A stretch of DNA of 64,000 nucleotides from Octopus sinensis (lineage: Eukaryota), in the NCBI RefSeq assembly GCF_006345805.1, contig NC_043005.1, positions 37,820,001 to 37,884,000 on the forward strand, given 5' to 3'. A program made the position numbers and the translations under genes. Below the pieces are notes generated by a model. That model was not told where the DNA came from and ran no database searches. It saw only the letters and a program-made list of their open reading frames with translations. Positions within the stretch are counted from its first letter, which is position 1. Every line of letters begins with the position of its first letter. Shown here piece by piece: positions 63,835 through 64,000 of this stretch.

Positions 63835-64000
63835 AGCACCGCCTCGACTGGCTTCCGTGCCGGTGGCACATAAAACACACCAATCCGACCGTGGCCGTTG
63901 CCAGCCTCGCCTGGCACCTGTGCAGGTGGCACGTAAAAAGCACCCACTACACTCACAGAGTGGTTGGCGTTAGGAAGGGCATCCAGATGTAGAAACATTG
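63835..64000 (+). mobile_element. RTE 3'-UTR-only copy, running off the window end
   Basis: GGTGGCACATAAAACACACC...GGTGGCACGTAAAAAGCACCCACTACACTC...AGGAAGGGCATCCAG, following (TA)n. Confidence 0.85.

Overview
AT-rich eukaryotic genomic DNA, extremely dense in microsatellites and transposon debris. It most resembles an octopus (coleoid cephalopod) genome; this is inferred from the CORE-type tRNA SINEs, (GAT)n-tailed RTE LINEs and TA/CA microsatellite load. The only host coding sequence I can support is one 183-nt phase 1-1 sushi/CCP exon (27168-27350, +), so the window is probably mostly intron of a large multi-domain extracellular protein gene. The rest is mobile DNA: two large, oppositely oriented RTE LINE copies (13295-16868 minus; 42145-45343 plus) and many 3'-UTR-only copies; BovB-like, RTEX, CR1 and R4/Dong-like fragments; two Penelope-like element (PLE) relics; Helitron, mariner/Tc1, hAT and piggyBac-type remnants; and at least four SINE families. 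Most notable: (1) both RTE copies carry a C4HC3 PHD-type zinc finger inserted inside the reverse transcriptase domain; (2) minimal type I hammerhead ribozyme motifs occur at 7052-7089 and as a divergent palindromic pair at 50445-50650; (3) about seven unrelated fold-back elements sit in or beside AT-rich/(TA)n tracts; (4) the RTE 3' UTR is built of a copy-number-variable ~63-bp hairpin module. Most ORF-track entries are microsatellite or antisense artefacts. All identities and alignments were judged by eye; no database search was run.
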